This document shows positions 50,089-60,047 of a stretch of DNA of 64,000 bases, piece after piece. Source of the DNA: Candidatus Micrarchaeia archaeon (GTDB taxonomy: Archaea; Micrarchaeota; Micrarchaeia; CABMEP01); the NCBI GenBank assembly GCA_038886535.1, contig JAVZXS010000001.1, positions 180,636-244,635 on the forward strand, read 5' to 3'. A program made the translations under genes and the position numbers. The notes below the pieces were generated by a model. That model was not told where the DNA came from. It ran no database searches and saw only the letters and a program-made list of their open reading frames with translations. How positions within the stretch are numbered: the first letter of the stretch is position 1; each line of letters opens with the position of its first letter.

Positions 50089-50152
50089 GTGATGATACGA
50101 GGTATTGCTGAGCTGCAATTTTGCAAGCCGTGAAGATAAGAGGATAAGCTGA
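50089..50152 (+). ncRNA. Box C/D guide sRNA
   Basis: C box GTGATGA (50089), 12-nt guide TACGAGGTATTG, D' CTGA (50108), small hairpin, C' GTGAAGA (50130), 12-nt guide TAAGAGGATAAG, D CTGA (50149). Confidence 0.8.
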
Positions 50153-50191
50153 TCTTTAAAATCCTCTTGAATATCTCATGTGTGTGGGAAA

Positions 50192-51214
50192 ATGATCGAT
50201 TTAAAAAAGTTAGATCAACTTAGATTTGCTGCTAGATATCCATTTTCAAAAACAGCAAAACAGATTCTATCACAGGGCAGCTTTAAGATTGATTATGAAA
50301 AAATCCAATTTGCAAAGAAACGCGTAATGGAAGCTCTTTTTGAGGATAAAGTTTCAGTTTTGGTAATCGGAGATGAATCACTCTATGAGAAATATCTTGT
50401 TTCATATCCACTATCAAGAATGATAATTTCACTTTTCGATTCACAAATAAGAAATAAGTTCATAAACAATGAAGTCAAGCGTGCATTAGCAAATATAACT
50501 GCAGATAATGATGACTATATTGAAGAAGCTAAAAGAGTTGCAAGAGATATGGATATAGAATTGGATGGTTTAAAGATATCTGTAGAGAAATATCTTCTCT
50601 ATGTTCCCAAAACAGAAGAAGGAAGACTAGTTTTTCAAAATCTCAAGGATGGAATGGTATTACTAAATGAAGCTACATTCATGTCCTTTATTTCAGAAGT
50701 TATACGGCAAAACATAGAATCAGGTATCCCAATTCCAAAAGAGAATTTTCCTAAAGAGATATTGAGCGATATAGAACAGGTAGCAAAGGAAATAGAGGCA
50801 GAGGTTAACAGAAGAAGAGAGGCAAAGGAAAAAGTAGCAGTTATGTTTGCGAAGTCTACAGGAGAAATAGCTCCGTGTATGGCTAAGATTTTAGAAAGAG
50901 CGAGAAATGGAGAAAATCTTCCACATTTTGCAAGAGTTGCGATCGCATCTTATCTGCTTAAGAGAGGGAAATCTATAGATGAAGTAGTTGAAGTGTTTAC
51001 CAATACCCCAAACTTTGATGAGAAGATAGCTAGATACCAGGTTGAGTTTATAGCAAAGAAGGGTTATAATCCGCCTTCATGTCAGACGATGGAATCGTAT
51101 GGTTTGAGACTTCCAGAATGTGGTTGCCTTGGTGAAAAAGGGCATAAGAACCCAATTCAATACGGTACAAGATTAATTAAAACAAGCAGATTAAGAACAA
51201 GTAAGAGGTCTTAG
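50192..51214 (+). CDS. priL: DNA primase large subunit
   Basis: RYPFSK; Fe-S domain APCM...NLPHFAR...PNFDEKIARYQV...YNPPSC...C. Confidence 0.93.
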   Translation: MIDLKKLDQLRFAARYPFSKTAKQILSQGSFKIDYEKIQFAKKRVMEALFEDKVSVLVIGDESLYEKYLVSYPLSRMIISLFDSQIRNKFINNEVKRALANITADNDDYIEEAKRVARDMDIELDGLKISVEKYLLYVPKTEEGRLVFQNLKDGMVLLNEATFMSFISEVIRQNIESGIPIPKENFPKEILSDIEQVAKEIEAEVNRRREAKEKVAVMFAKSTGEIAPCMAKILERARNGENLPHFARVAIASYLLKRGKSIDEVVEVFTNTPNFDEKIARYQVEFIAKKGYNPPSCQTMESYGLRLPECGCLGEKGHKNPIQYGTRLIKTSRLRTSKRS

Positions 51215-51222
51215 GTGTTTTT

Positions 51223-52371
51223 ATGGATGAAGAAACATTTATAACAGAGAAGTTTAGACATTATTATTCTAATCATTGGACAAAAGCACCAAAAAAAATT
51301 CATAATAGAGAGTTTGGCTTTGGAGGTTGGTCTAAAAAGATTGAATCAAGACATTATTCATTTTCAAGCGAAAAGGAACTAAATGCTTATTTGGGAAGAA
51401 ACGCACCACTTTTTATTTCATATTCGGAGGCGTATTATAAGTATCCGGCAGCTAGACCTATCGAAAAGAAGGAGTGGATTCAAGGTGATTTGGTTTTTGA
51501 TATAGATGCAAATGAATTAGGAATGTCATGTACTGAGAAGCATGGTAAAGAATGGGTTTGCGAAAAATGTATGGATAGAGCTAAGGAATGTGCATTACGA
51601 TTGATCGATGATTTTCTTGTGAAAGATTTCAACATACCAAAAGAAGAGATAGAAGTTAATTTTAGTGGAAACAGAGGTTATCATATCCATATATCAACGA
51701 GGTTTCAATCGTTAAAGACGTATGGGAGAAAAGAAATCGCAGATTATGTTAATGCCAACGGTTTGGAGTATGAACGTTTCTTTTATCCAGATCCAATTCA
51801 TAAACGAATCATAGGTCCAAAAGTAACAGATGGTGGTTGGAAAGGAAGAATTGCAAATTTTGTAGTTAAGCATATAAAAGAAAGATCTCTTGAAAAAATA
51901 GGAATTCATAAAAAAACTGCTGAAAGATTTTATTCAAGAGTTGATGCAGCAGAACAAATATCAAATGGAAACTGGGAGGCAGTTTATGTATCAGATAAGA
52001 AGAAGTTCTTTTCTCAGATTGTTGAGGCGATAAAGAAGGACCAGGCTGCATTTGTAGACGAAGGAGTAACATTTGACACAAGTAAGCTTATAAGAATGCC
52101 AGATAGTATTCACGGAGAAACTGGCTTACTCGCACAGAGATTCGATGTAAAGAGTTTTGACAAGTACGATTGGACATCAATGCCAATTATATTTTCAGAA
52201 GATCCCATGAAGATTTATGTACATTCATGTAAAGAATTCATTCTTAAAAACCAAACATTTGGTCCTTATAATAACCAAGTTGTAGAACTGCCAGAATATG
52301 CAGCTATTTATTTAATATGTAAAAAAGTCGCAGTGCTTCTAGAAAATAAAGACAGACCAATATTTAATTAA
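51223..52371 (+). CDS. priS: DNA primase small (catalytic) subunit
   Basis: REFGF, DLVFDID, FSGNRGYH, DEGVTFD, LIRMPDS. Confidence 0.95.
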   Translation: MDEETFITEKFRHYYSNHWTKAPKKIHNREFGFGGWSKKIESRHYSFSSEKELNAYLGRNAPLFISYSEAYYKYPAARPIEKKEWIQGDLVFDIDANELGMSCTEKHGKEWVCEKCMDRAKECALRLIDDFLVKDFNIPKEEIEVNFSGNRGYHIHISTRFQSLKTYGRKEIADYVNANGLEYERFFYPDPIHKRIIGPKVTDGGWKGRIANFVVKHIKERSLEKIGIHKKTAERFYSRVDAAEQISNGNWEAVYVSDKKKFFSQIVEAIKKDQAAFVDEGVTFDTSKLIRMPDSIHGETGLLAQRFDVKSFDKYDWTSMPIIFSEDPMKIYVHSCKEFILKNQTFGPYNNQVVELPEYAAIYLICKKVAVLLENKDRPIFN

Positions 52372-52428
52372 ATTCTAAATTTAAACTATAGCTTTATTTA
52401 TTTCAAAGCTTCTTATTTTTGTGATAAA

Positions 52429-53054
52429 ATGATTTTTGATCAAAGAAATAGCTCTAATGGATTCTCTGGAAACGATGAAATTTGGAAATAATTTTTCATG
52501 CAGTAATGAATAGATAATATCCGCGTATAAACAGTATAATTATTCACTTGCACAATATGTAAAGAAAGGTCTAATAAGTGAAGATCAAATTCAATTAGTA
52601 AGAAATTTATTAAGGAAAAAAGATCCTGAATTGGCAAAAAGATTGAAGTGGCAGACATTGTCTTATTTAATTAAAGATTCGAATCCAGGGGTTAGAAGAA
52701 TTATATCGTATGCACTCAGATCGTACTCCGATTATGAAAAAGTTAGTCTTATACTAATTAGTTCATTAAAGAGAGAGAAAGATTGGATTGTGAAGGAAGA
52801 AATGATAAATTCTCTATCTGAGGCATGTTTAAAATTTGAAAAAGAGAATCAAATAAGAGAAGAAATCGAACTTTTTATAACCCATTTTCTTTTAGATAAG
52901 CGCCACGTTATTTGGATTGCGTCTAGTGAGGCAGTTTCAAACCTAAAAATAATAGAAGCAAAAACTCAATTAGAACCAATTTCAATTAGATCCTGTATTG
53001 AGTGTTAGAGAGAAAGCATTGAATGTTTTGCAAGATCTTATAGATAAAAAGTAA
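52429..53054 (+). pseudogene. Disrupted HEAT-repeat protein gene
   Basis: HEAT-like LIKDSNPGVRR and EKDWIVKEE in ORF 52631-53008. The C-terminal HEAT repeat LDPVLSVREKALNVLQDLIDKK* is in another frame (stop 53052-53054), and the upstream part contains stops. Confidence 0.65.
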
Positions 53055-53182
53055 GATGATAATTTCTAAGTTACAGTTAATTATTGTGAATAGTTGAACA
53101 ACCTAAAGTAATAATTAATATATATTTCTATTTAATTTAATTTTACTTTCCTATAAGATTTTCTTATCTTTAAGATGATTAT

Positions 53183-53731
53183 ATGGAAGAACTTACTTAT
53201 GATGAACTTATGAGAATACATGCAAGAGAAAAAGGTTCGAGGCTTTCAGCTATACCTTCAAATTTCTATCAACTTGCAGGAAGATTGCTTGCATCTTATG
53301 ATAAATCCGATCCAAGTGGGATGAGAGAATATAATAATGTATTGAAAATGATAAAGTACATTTATCAGAGAAGATTGGAGAAGATATTTAATTATATTCT
53401 TAGTTATGATAAGGAAATTGAACTTCCTCCAGAAATGCTCGATAGAGAAAGAGAGATATATAATCAAATAGTTCCAATTATTAAAAAATTCAACAGTGAA
53501 ACAGATCATGAGCTAGTTTGTCAGAAAAAAGAGTGCAATGATACAGAACAATTATCGGTTTTAAAGGCAAAGAGTAATAAGTTGAAGATAATACTTCTTA
53601 AAGATGTAGATGAGTTTGTAAGTGCCAACGGTTCAGTAATAGGTCCTTTTAAGCAACAAACAGAAGTAGAATTGACATATGAAGATGCAGAAATGTTAAT
53701 TCAAATAGGGGTAGCTAAAAGGGTGGAATAA
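53183..53731 (+). CDS. GINS complex subunit (Gins51-type)
   Basis: LSAIPSNFY, RRLEKI; C-terminal B-domain IGPFK...DAEMLIQIGVA; position between priS and rpl44e. Confidence 0.85.
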   Translation: MEELTYDELMRIHAREKGSRLSAIPSNFYQLAGRLLASYDKSDPSGMREYNNVLKMIKYIYQRRLEKIFNYILSYDKEIELPPEMLDREREIYNQIVPIIKKFNSETDHELVCQKKECNDTEQLSVLKAKSNKLKIILLKDVDEFVSANGSVIGPFKQQTEVELTYEDAEMLIQIGVAKRVE

Positions 53732-53881
53732 GATTCTACCACTAAAAATGCTAAGTCTAGCAAATCTGCTGATATACCAATATTTTTATATTTATATGTA
53801 AATATTAATATAACAATCTCCTAATTGTGAACATTTCACTATGGAATTGTTGTATTTTTGCTACTTAAAGGAGCTGATATT

Positions 53882-54169
53882 ATGAAGATGGTTGATACGA
53901 TTAGAACATATTGTCCAAGTTGTAATAAACATACCACACAAAAGGTTAAGCTTTACAAGAAAGGAAAGCAATCACCTTTTTCAGTAGGTCAGGCAAGATA
54001 CGACAGAAAACTTACAGGTTATGTAGGTAAGGTCAAGGGTAAGAAATCTGTTAAGAAAATGGGTAAACATCAGAAAGTGATTCTTGAATGTACCGAATGC
54101 AAGAAGAAACAAGAGAGAGTAATTGGGACAAGAACAAGAAAAGTCCTTGAGATAACCAAGAAAGAATAA
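53882..54169 (+). CDS. rpl44e: 50S ribosomal protein L44e
   Basis: TYCPSCNKHT, LECTECKK. Confidence 0.95.
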   Translation: MKMVDTIRTYCPSCNKHTTQKVKLYKKGKQSPFSVGQARYDRKLTGYVGKVKGKKSVKKMGKHQKVILECTECKKKQERVIGTRTRKVLEITKKE

Positions 54170-54198
54170 TGGTTATTTCACACTTTTGAGGTGGTATA

Positions 54199-54372
54199 AT
54201 GAAGACATCATCAAATTCAAAATTCTTATTAGTTAAACACGAATGTGGAAATGAACAATACGTTTTTAATACCGCTAAAAGAACTGTTTTATGTAGCTTA
54301 TGCAAGAAACCGCTTGCAAGACCTACAGGTGGCTATGCAAAGATACTTGGTAAAATAATGAAAGTGGTTTAA
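54199..54372 (+). CDS. rps27e: 30S ribosomal protein S27e
   Basis: Not in ORF track. Manual translation: MKTSSNSKFLLVKHECGNEQYVFNTAKRTVLCSLCKKPLARPTGGYAKILGKIMKVV*; GAGGTG RBS. Confidence 0.93.
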   Translation: MKTSSNSKFLLVKHECGNEQYVFNTAKRTVLCSLCKKPLARPTGGYAKILGKIMKVV

Positions 54373-54396
54373 TTTAAAATTATTAAAGGTAATTAG

Positions 54397-55179
54397 ATGG
54401 AGAAAAAGAAAAGTGTCCCAGAATTAGATGAGCTAGTTGTTGTAACTGTTACAAAAGTTTTTCCTTATGGGGCATTTTGCAAAATGGAAGACTATAACAT
54501 GGATGCATTTCTCCATGTTTCCGAAGTCTCATCTGGGTGGGTAAAGAATATAAGAAACTTCCTTAAAGAAGGCCAGAGACTTGTGGTTAGGGTACATAGA
54601 GTGGTTCCTGAAAAAAACATGGTGGATGTATCTCTAAAAAGAGTTACAGAAGCAGAACAGAAAAGAAAACTTGAGGAAGTTAAAAGAGACAAGAGAGCAT
54701 TAAAGCTCCTTGAAGTTGCAAAAGAAAAGATAAAAAATGCAAATAAAACCACAAAACTTTCAATTGAAGAAGTTAAATCTATTCTTGAATCACATTTTGA
54801 TGATTCGTTTTCTGCATTTGAAGAAGTTGTTAGAGAAGGAGAATCTGTTCTAAAAAAGACAAAACTTCCACAAGAATGGGTCGAAGCAATCGTTGAAACC
54901 GCAAATGAGAATATAAAGAAGCAAGTTAGGTTAATAAAAGGGAAACTATTATTAAGATGTACAAAGGAAGGTGGAATAAACATAATAAAAGATTTGCTTT
55001 CAGTAGATCCGAATTCAGGTATTCATGTTCACTATTTAGGAGCACCCTACTATCAGATAACTGTTCAAGATGATGATTTCAAAAAATGCGAGAAGAAATT
55101 AAAACAGTTTGTTGATAATATTACTAAATTAGCTTCGAAAAATGAATGTGAAGTCAAATTTGAAAGAGAGGAAGAATAA
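54397..55179 (+). CDS. eif2a: Translation initiation factor aIF2 alpha
   Basis: S1 domain FLHVSEVSSGWVKNIR, VDVSLKRV, YLGAPYY. Confidence 0.96.
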   Translation: MEKKKSVPELDELVVVTVTKVFPYGAFCKMEDYNMDAFLHVSEVSSGWVKNIRNFLKEGQRLVVRVHRVVPEKNMVDVSLKRVTEAEQKRKLEEVKRDKRALKLLEVAKEKIKNANKTTKLSIEEVKSILESHFDDSFSAFEEVVREGESVLKKTKLPQEWVEAIVETANENIKKQVRLIKGKLLLRCTKEGGINIIKDLLSVDPNSGIHVHYLGAPYYQITVQDDDFKKCEKKLKQFVDNITKLASKNECEVKFEREEE

Positions 55180-55242
55180 TTTTTTATTGGTTCATTCTTT
55201 CCGTTTCACTCAAAGAAAAATATCTTTAACGTGGCGATATAA

Positions 55243-55440
55243 ATGAAGAAAATAAGGAAATGTCAATTATGCAATAAATATACTCTTTCAAACATTCACT
55301 GTAATAAAGATACAGTTTCTCCACATCCAATTGCGAGTGGAGTTGAAAAAAATATTAGAGAAAGGTTAAAATCAAGAATTAAGAATTTAGAAGAAAAAGA
55401 AATGCATAAACCGATAGAAAGGGAAAAGATACCTTACTAA
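55243..55440 (+). CDS. nop10: H/ACA RNP protein Nop10
   Basis: IRKCQLCNKYTL...SPHP; directly after aIF2 alpha. Confidence 0.85.
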   Translation: MKKIRKCQLCNKYTLSNIHCNKDTVSPHPIASGVEKNIRERLKSRIKNLEEKEMHKPIEREKIPY

Positions 55441-55502
55441 ATCATTCTTTAATTCCTAATTTGTATTGATTAATATTGATTAATAAGATCATTGGTGGTT
55501 TT

Positions 55503-56372
55503 ATGGTCAAAAGATCAGAATCTAAGAAGCAAATTTCACAAAAAGAAGAACAAAAATCAAATCATATACTAGAAAAAGCGTTTCTTTCAACTAAGCATGG
55601 AATAAAAACTAACATAGAAATACACGAAAAAGTTTCTGGATTAGTAAATCCAATACTTGTTGAAGGACTTCCAGGAATAGGTTTTGTAGGTAAACTTGCG
55701 GCAGAACATTTGGTTTCAGAACTAAAGGCTAAGAAAATAGCAACACTATATTCATATCATTTTCCACATCAAGTTTTAATCAACAAAGATGGAACCATAA
55801 AGATGCTTGTAAATGAGTTTTATCTTTACAAAGATCCAAAAAAGAAAAACGATCTAATTATTTTGATTGGAGACGTTCAACCAGTTAGTTCAAGAGCCCA
55901 GTTTGAAGTAATGAATATTATATTAGAATACTTCTCTCTTTTAGGTGGCAAAAGAATAATAACTCTTGGTGGGTATGGAATAGGCAAACTTGTAGAAAAA
56001 CCTAGAGTTTTTGGTGCAGTTATAAATAAAGAAGACGTTGAATTCTATAGGAAATTTGGTGTTACTTTTGGGGAAGTTGAAGGTTCTATAATTGGAGCTG
56101 CAGGTGTTTTGCTTGGACTTGGAAAATTAAAGGGAATGGATGGTATATGTTTAATGGGAGAGACGCATGGAACATATATTGACCATAAATCTGCTCAGAG
56201 GGTAATCGAAGTTCTATCTGAAATAACCGGAATTAAAGTTGATGTTTCTAAGCTTACAGAAAAAGCGAAAGAAAGCGAAGGTATAATTAAGAAATTAGAG
56301 GAAGAATTAAATAGAGGACAAATGCCAATTGAACTTCCAAAGAAACCTGACGAGCTTTCATACATTAGATAA
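55503..56372 (+). CDS. Proteasome assembly chaperone (PAC2) family protein
   Basis: VEGLPGIGFVGKLA, ITLGG, IIGAAG, CLMGET, C-terminal LSYIR. Confidence 0.92.
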   Translation: MVKRSESKKQISQKEEQKSNHILEKAFLSTKHGIKTNIEIHEKVSGLVNPILVEGLPGIGFVGKLAAEHLVSELKAKKIATLYSYHFPHQVLINKDGTIKMLVNEFYLYKDPKKKNDLIILIGDVQPVSSRAQFEVMNIILEYFSLLGGKRIITLGGYGIGKLVEKPRVFGAVINKEDVEFYRKFGVTFGEVEGSIIGAAGVLLGLGKLKGMDGICLMGETHGTYIDHKSAQRVIEVLSEITGIKVDVSKLTEKAKESEGIIKKLEEELNRGQMPIELPKKPDELSYIR

Positions 56373-56406
56373 TTTTCGTATACATTTTAGTTTTGAAGGT
56401 TTTTTG

Positions 56407-57129
56407 ATGAAAATTAATAAGTTTAAATGTACTAATTGTGGATACTGTTGTAAAAATATGCAAAATCTTGCACTGTTCGAATGGGAAAAAGATTTACTTC
56501 TTTCTTTAGATCCTTCCATAAAGATAATTCCTGGAAATAAGATAAAATATAAAGATACAGAAATAATTCTTTATTGGGGTTTACAAACTAAACATCAATC
56601 ACTATCTAAAACAAAAGCTACAAAATCTATTCAGAAAGTATCTAAGAATGATAAAATAAAGAAAAGAAGTTTAGAGGAAATGTGCCCTTTTCTTTCTTTT
56701 GAATATGGCGTATCTAAATGCAATATATATGAGAATAGGCCACTTGTTTGTCGTGCTTTTCCTCTCTTTCATTTAGGATTTAAATTTATGGAAGGAATGA
56801 TATCTGTCGATTGTCCAGAACATATAATTCCATTTAATCAAGAGCAGACAATTAGTAGAGAAAAATTTTATTCTTTACTTTATGCAATATATGGCATTGC
56901 ATTCTTAGATGCATTTCGACTCGAACTTGCAAGAGTTTGGATATCTGATATCGCTGAACTTGTTTTAAATCATTTAAAAGAGAACGAAATTGAAATTTCA
57001 GAAAGAGAAATCGGTCTTCTTGAACTTGCAATTAAAATCGGAGTTCTTACCGAAGACGAGATAGAGAAAGAGATAAGCTTCATTTATTCAGAAGAGATTC
57101 AGGATATGCTAAATCAATTGAATCTCTAA
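56407..57129 (+). CDS. YkgJ-family (CxxCxxCC) Fe-S/Zn cluster protein
   Basis: FKCTNCGYCC, CPFL, CNIYENRPLVCRAFP. Confidence 0.9.
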   Translation: MKINKFKCTNCGYCCKNMQNLALFEWEKDLLLSLDPSIKIIPGNKIKYKDTEIILYWGLQTKHQSLSKTKATKSIQKVSKNDKIKKRSLEEMCPFLSFEYGVSKCNIYENRPLVCRAFPLFHLGFKFMEGMISVDCPEHIIPFNQEQTISREKFYSLLYAIYGIAFLDAFRLELARVWISDIAELVLNHLKENEIEISEREIGLLELAIKIGVLTEDEIEKEISFIYSEEIQDMLNQLNL

Positions 57130-57162
57130 TTATAAATTTAATTTATCCAATAGTTAATTTTG

Positions 57163-57450
57163 TTATTTTTTTATTTTACTCATCAATTCTGTTAAATCTT
57201 TCCCACTTTTTCCTTTTGGGAATACATTTCCATTAGGTGTAAATACAGCTATCTGAAGTTCTTCTGCGAGCCTAACTGCTTCTTTCATGTCTATTATCCT
57301 ATCAGTAAATAGAACTGGATATTCGCCATAAGGTTCTTTTATTATTTTTACTGTAAATATTATCCTTTGAAACATTCCTTTTCTGTGCACTCTGTATTCG
57401 CCTTTTCCATTTCTTAGAACTTCATCTAAAGTTGGTTCACCCTTTTCCAT
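57163..57450 (-). CDS. Hypothetical protein
   Basis: 95-aa ORF with globular composition filling the gap. Confidence 0.7.
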   Translation of the reverse strand: MEKGEPTLDEVLRNGKGEYRVHRKGMFQRIIFTVKIIKEPYGEYPVLFTDRIIDMKEAVRLAEELQIAVFTPNGNVFPKGKSGKDLTELMSKIKK

Positions 57451-57492
57451 AAAAAATCACATTTTATAATTATTTAAATGCAAAACATCTAT

Positions 57493-58170
57493 TTATCTTA
57501 AACATGCATTTACATTCGCTTCTATTTCTTCTTTACTCGGCATGATCGTTCCATATCTTTGATTTAGATATGTAATATTTTCAATAACAAAATTTCTCTT
57601 CTTACATATTATTTCTATCATTACTGGTTCTGAGTACGATATAGAAATGATAAGTTCGGGACAAAAAATACCATCACATTTTTGATAATATAATTCAGAT
57701 CTTGTAACTTCTCCTTCCTTTATTGTTGGGAAAAATATCGTAAAAGGAATGAATAACGGATTAATTTTAACACTTTTTTGTGTAATATCTTTTAATTTCC
57801 ATCCAGAAAAGTTATTATTATAAAACTCAATAACTGAACTGTAATTAATATTCGATATCATATATCCAATCGAATATATGTAAGAAGTACCTGTATAAAT
57901 GCTTTCCATTTTTTCTTCGTGAATATCACTAATATTTATATCATATATACCGATTGTCGACCATTTTCTTTCTGCATTTTTTATTATAGGAACATCTTTA
58001 AGGTCACCTTTAATTTCATCGATTGCTGTCGCATTTTCTTCGTATGCATTTATTTTATCGGTTTGATCTTTTTCCATTTTATCTAATAAATTTTTGCTAT
58101 TATCAGAAATAGATTTTCCTATACAACCAACAAAAAGAACTGCCAGTATAATAAAAATCAATTTTTTCAT
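57493..58170 (-). CDS. Putative lipoprotein
   Basis: MKK, hydrophobic stretch, lipobox-like FVGC. Confidence 0.7.
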   Translation of the reverse strand: MKKLIFIILAVLFVGCIGKSISDNSKNLLDKMEKDQTDKINAYEENATAIDEIKGDLKDVPIIKNAERKWSTIGIYDINISDIHEEKMESIYTGTSYIYSIGYMISNINYSSVIEFYNNNFSGWKLKDITQKSVKINPLFIPFTIFFPTIKEGEVTRSELYYQKCDGIFCPELIISISYSEPVMIEIICKKRNFVIENITYLNQRYGTIMPSKEEIEANVNACLR

Positions 58171-58321
58171 GACAAATATTTTTTTATAAAAATTTATATT
58201 TTTTTCTTAAAGGATCGCGTATAAAAAAATAACAGGACACAGTATAAATTTTATTTACATACTTTAGCTGCTTAATGGAAAAGTATATATATTTAAATCG
58301 TTCCTTAATTTTGTGATTTTT

Positions 58322-59560
58322 ATGAAGAACATATCTATTTTAGGTTCTACAGGAAGTATAGGTACTCAGACATTAGACGTTATAAGAAATCATAAGAATA
58401 AATTTAGAGTAGTGGGTTTAGCTGCATATGGTACTGATAAAGATATAGATCTTATGGTTGAGCAGATACATGAATTTAAACCTAAAATCGTATCAATGTA
58501 CAGAACCGATGCAGCGATTAAGCTTAAAGAAAGATTGATGCATGATAATTTAGGTTATGGTCAAAAGATAGTGATCCTATCTGGTAATGAAGGTCTTATT
58601 TCAGTTTCTACTTTCCCTATGGTTGATACAGTTGTAACTGCAGTTGTTGGAAGTGTCGGCTTAATTCCTACACTAGAGGCAATAAAGAAAAAGAAAAATA
58701 TAGCTCTTGCAAACAAAGAAACATTAGTGTGTGCTGGAAGCATAGTTATGGAAAATGCAAAAAAGTACGGAGTAAAAATTATGCCAATAGATAGCGAACA
58801 TTCAGCAATTTTTCAGTCTTTACAAGGTAATAAAAAGGAGCAAGTAAAGAGAATAATATTAACATGTTCAGGAGGTCCATTTAGAGATGAAAAATTATGG
58901 CCCGCAGAAAAAATAAATGAAGCGACTCGAGAACAAGCACTTAAACATCCAACCTGGAATATGGGTGGAAAGATTACTATTGACAGTGCAACACTCATGA
59001 ATAAAGGTTTAGAGGTTATAGAAGCTCATTGGCTTTATAATATTCCTTATGAACAAATTTCAGTTGTAATACACCCTCAGTCTATAATTCATTCAATGGT
59101 TGAATATGTTGATGGTTCTATAATGGCTCAGATTGGTGTTCACGATATGCGTATTCCGATTCAATATGCGTTATCCTATCCAGATAGATTACCAAGCGGT
59201 GATTATGCATTTTTAGATTTGATTAAAGTTTGTAATCTTACATTTTTTGAACCAGATACAGTCAGATTTCCAGCTCTATTATATGCATACGAAGCAGGCA
59301 AGATCGGCGGAACAATGCCTACAGTTATGAATGCAGCAAATGAAGTAGCAGTTGTAGAATATTTCTTACAAGGAAAGATTAAATTCGGTGACATAATAAG
59401 AGTAGTAAGACATACGATGGATGTCCATAAGCATACAGTTGTTCAGAATCCAAACCTTCAAGACATTCTTCAAGCAGATATATGGGCAAGAGAACACGTT
59501 CGTTCGGTTTTAAATGTAGTTATACAAGATAAAAGTTGGAAAAATATAAATTCATTCTAA
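58322..59560 (+). CDS. dxr: 1-deoxy-D-xylulose-5-phosphate reductoisomerase
   Basis: ILGSTGSIG, LANKETLV, PIDSEHSAIFQ, SGGPFR, HPTWNMGGKITIDSATLMNKGLEVIEA, HPQSIIHS, DMRIPI, NAANE. Confidence 0.97.
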   Translation: MKNISILGSTGSIGTQTLDVIRNHKNKFRVVGLAAYGTDKDIDLMVEQIHEFKPKIVSMYRTDAAIKLKERLMHDNLGYGQKIVILSGNEGLISVSTFPMVDTVVTAVVGSVGLIPTLEAIKKKKNIALANKETLVCAGSIVMENAKKYGVKIMPIDSEHSAIFQSLQGNKKEQVKRIILTCSGGPFRDEKLWPAEKINEATREQALKHPTWNMGGKITIDSATLMNKGLEVIEAHWLYNIPYEQISVVIHPQSIIHSMVEYVDGSIMAQIGVHDMRIPIQYALSYPDRLPSGDYAFLDLIKVCNLTFFEPDTVRFPALLYAYEAGKIGGTMPTVMNAANEVAVVEYFLQGKIKFGDIIRVVRHTMDVHKHTVVQNPNLQDILQADIWAREHVRSVLNVVIQDKSWKNINSF

Positions 59561-59640
59561 AGTTATTAAAAATATAGCAAAAATCGATATAATTGAAATA
59601 ATTAGAAAAGAAATAAAATAAAAAAGATTTATGTTCAGAA

Positions 59641-60021
59641 TTATTGTTCTTTCTTCCATAATCCATGGATGTTACAGTATTCTCTTGCATTTATTTTCTT
59701 TGCATTTATTTTGAATTCAGCCTCAGGAGTTTGACCTGGTTTTAGGTAATTTCTATATATTTTATCATCTGCAAGCACTTCTATAAATTCAATGTAATGT
59801 TCGGGTTCCATTGGATGTGGAATAGAACCTATTTTAACTTTAAAGCCACCTCTAATCTTTTCGATTACAGGTACATGTTTTTCATACCCTTGATCTTCTG
59901 TTTTTTCTTCTAGTTTTTCCATATTCTTATTGCAACAGACCAAAGTTCCAACTCCTGCATGAGCTATTTCAACTATATTTCCACATACACTGCATTTATA
60001 TATCTGATTAAGTTCTGTCAT
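59641..60021 (-). CDS. dfx: Desulfoferrodoxin (2Fe superoxide reductase)
   Basis: YKCSVCGN...[25 protein letters not shown]. Confidence 0.95.
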   Translation of the reverse strand: MTELNQIYKCSVCGNIVEIAHAGVGTLVCCNKNMEKLEEKTEDQGYEKHVPVIEKIRGGFKVKIGSIPHPMEPEHYIEFIEVLADDKIYRNYLKPGQTPEAEFKINAKKINAREYCNIHGLWKKEQ

Positions 60022-60047
60022 ATTATCACCATTTTAAATATTTATTT

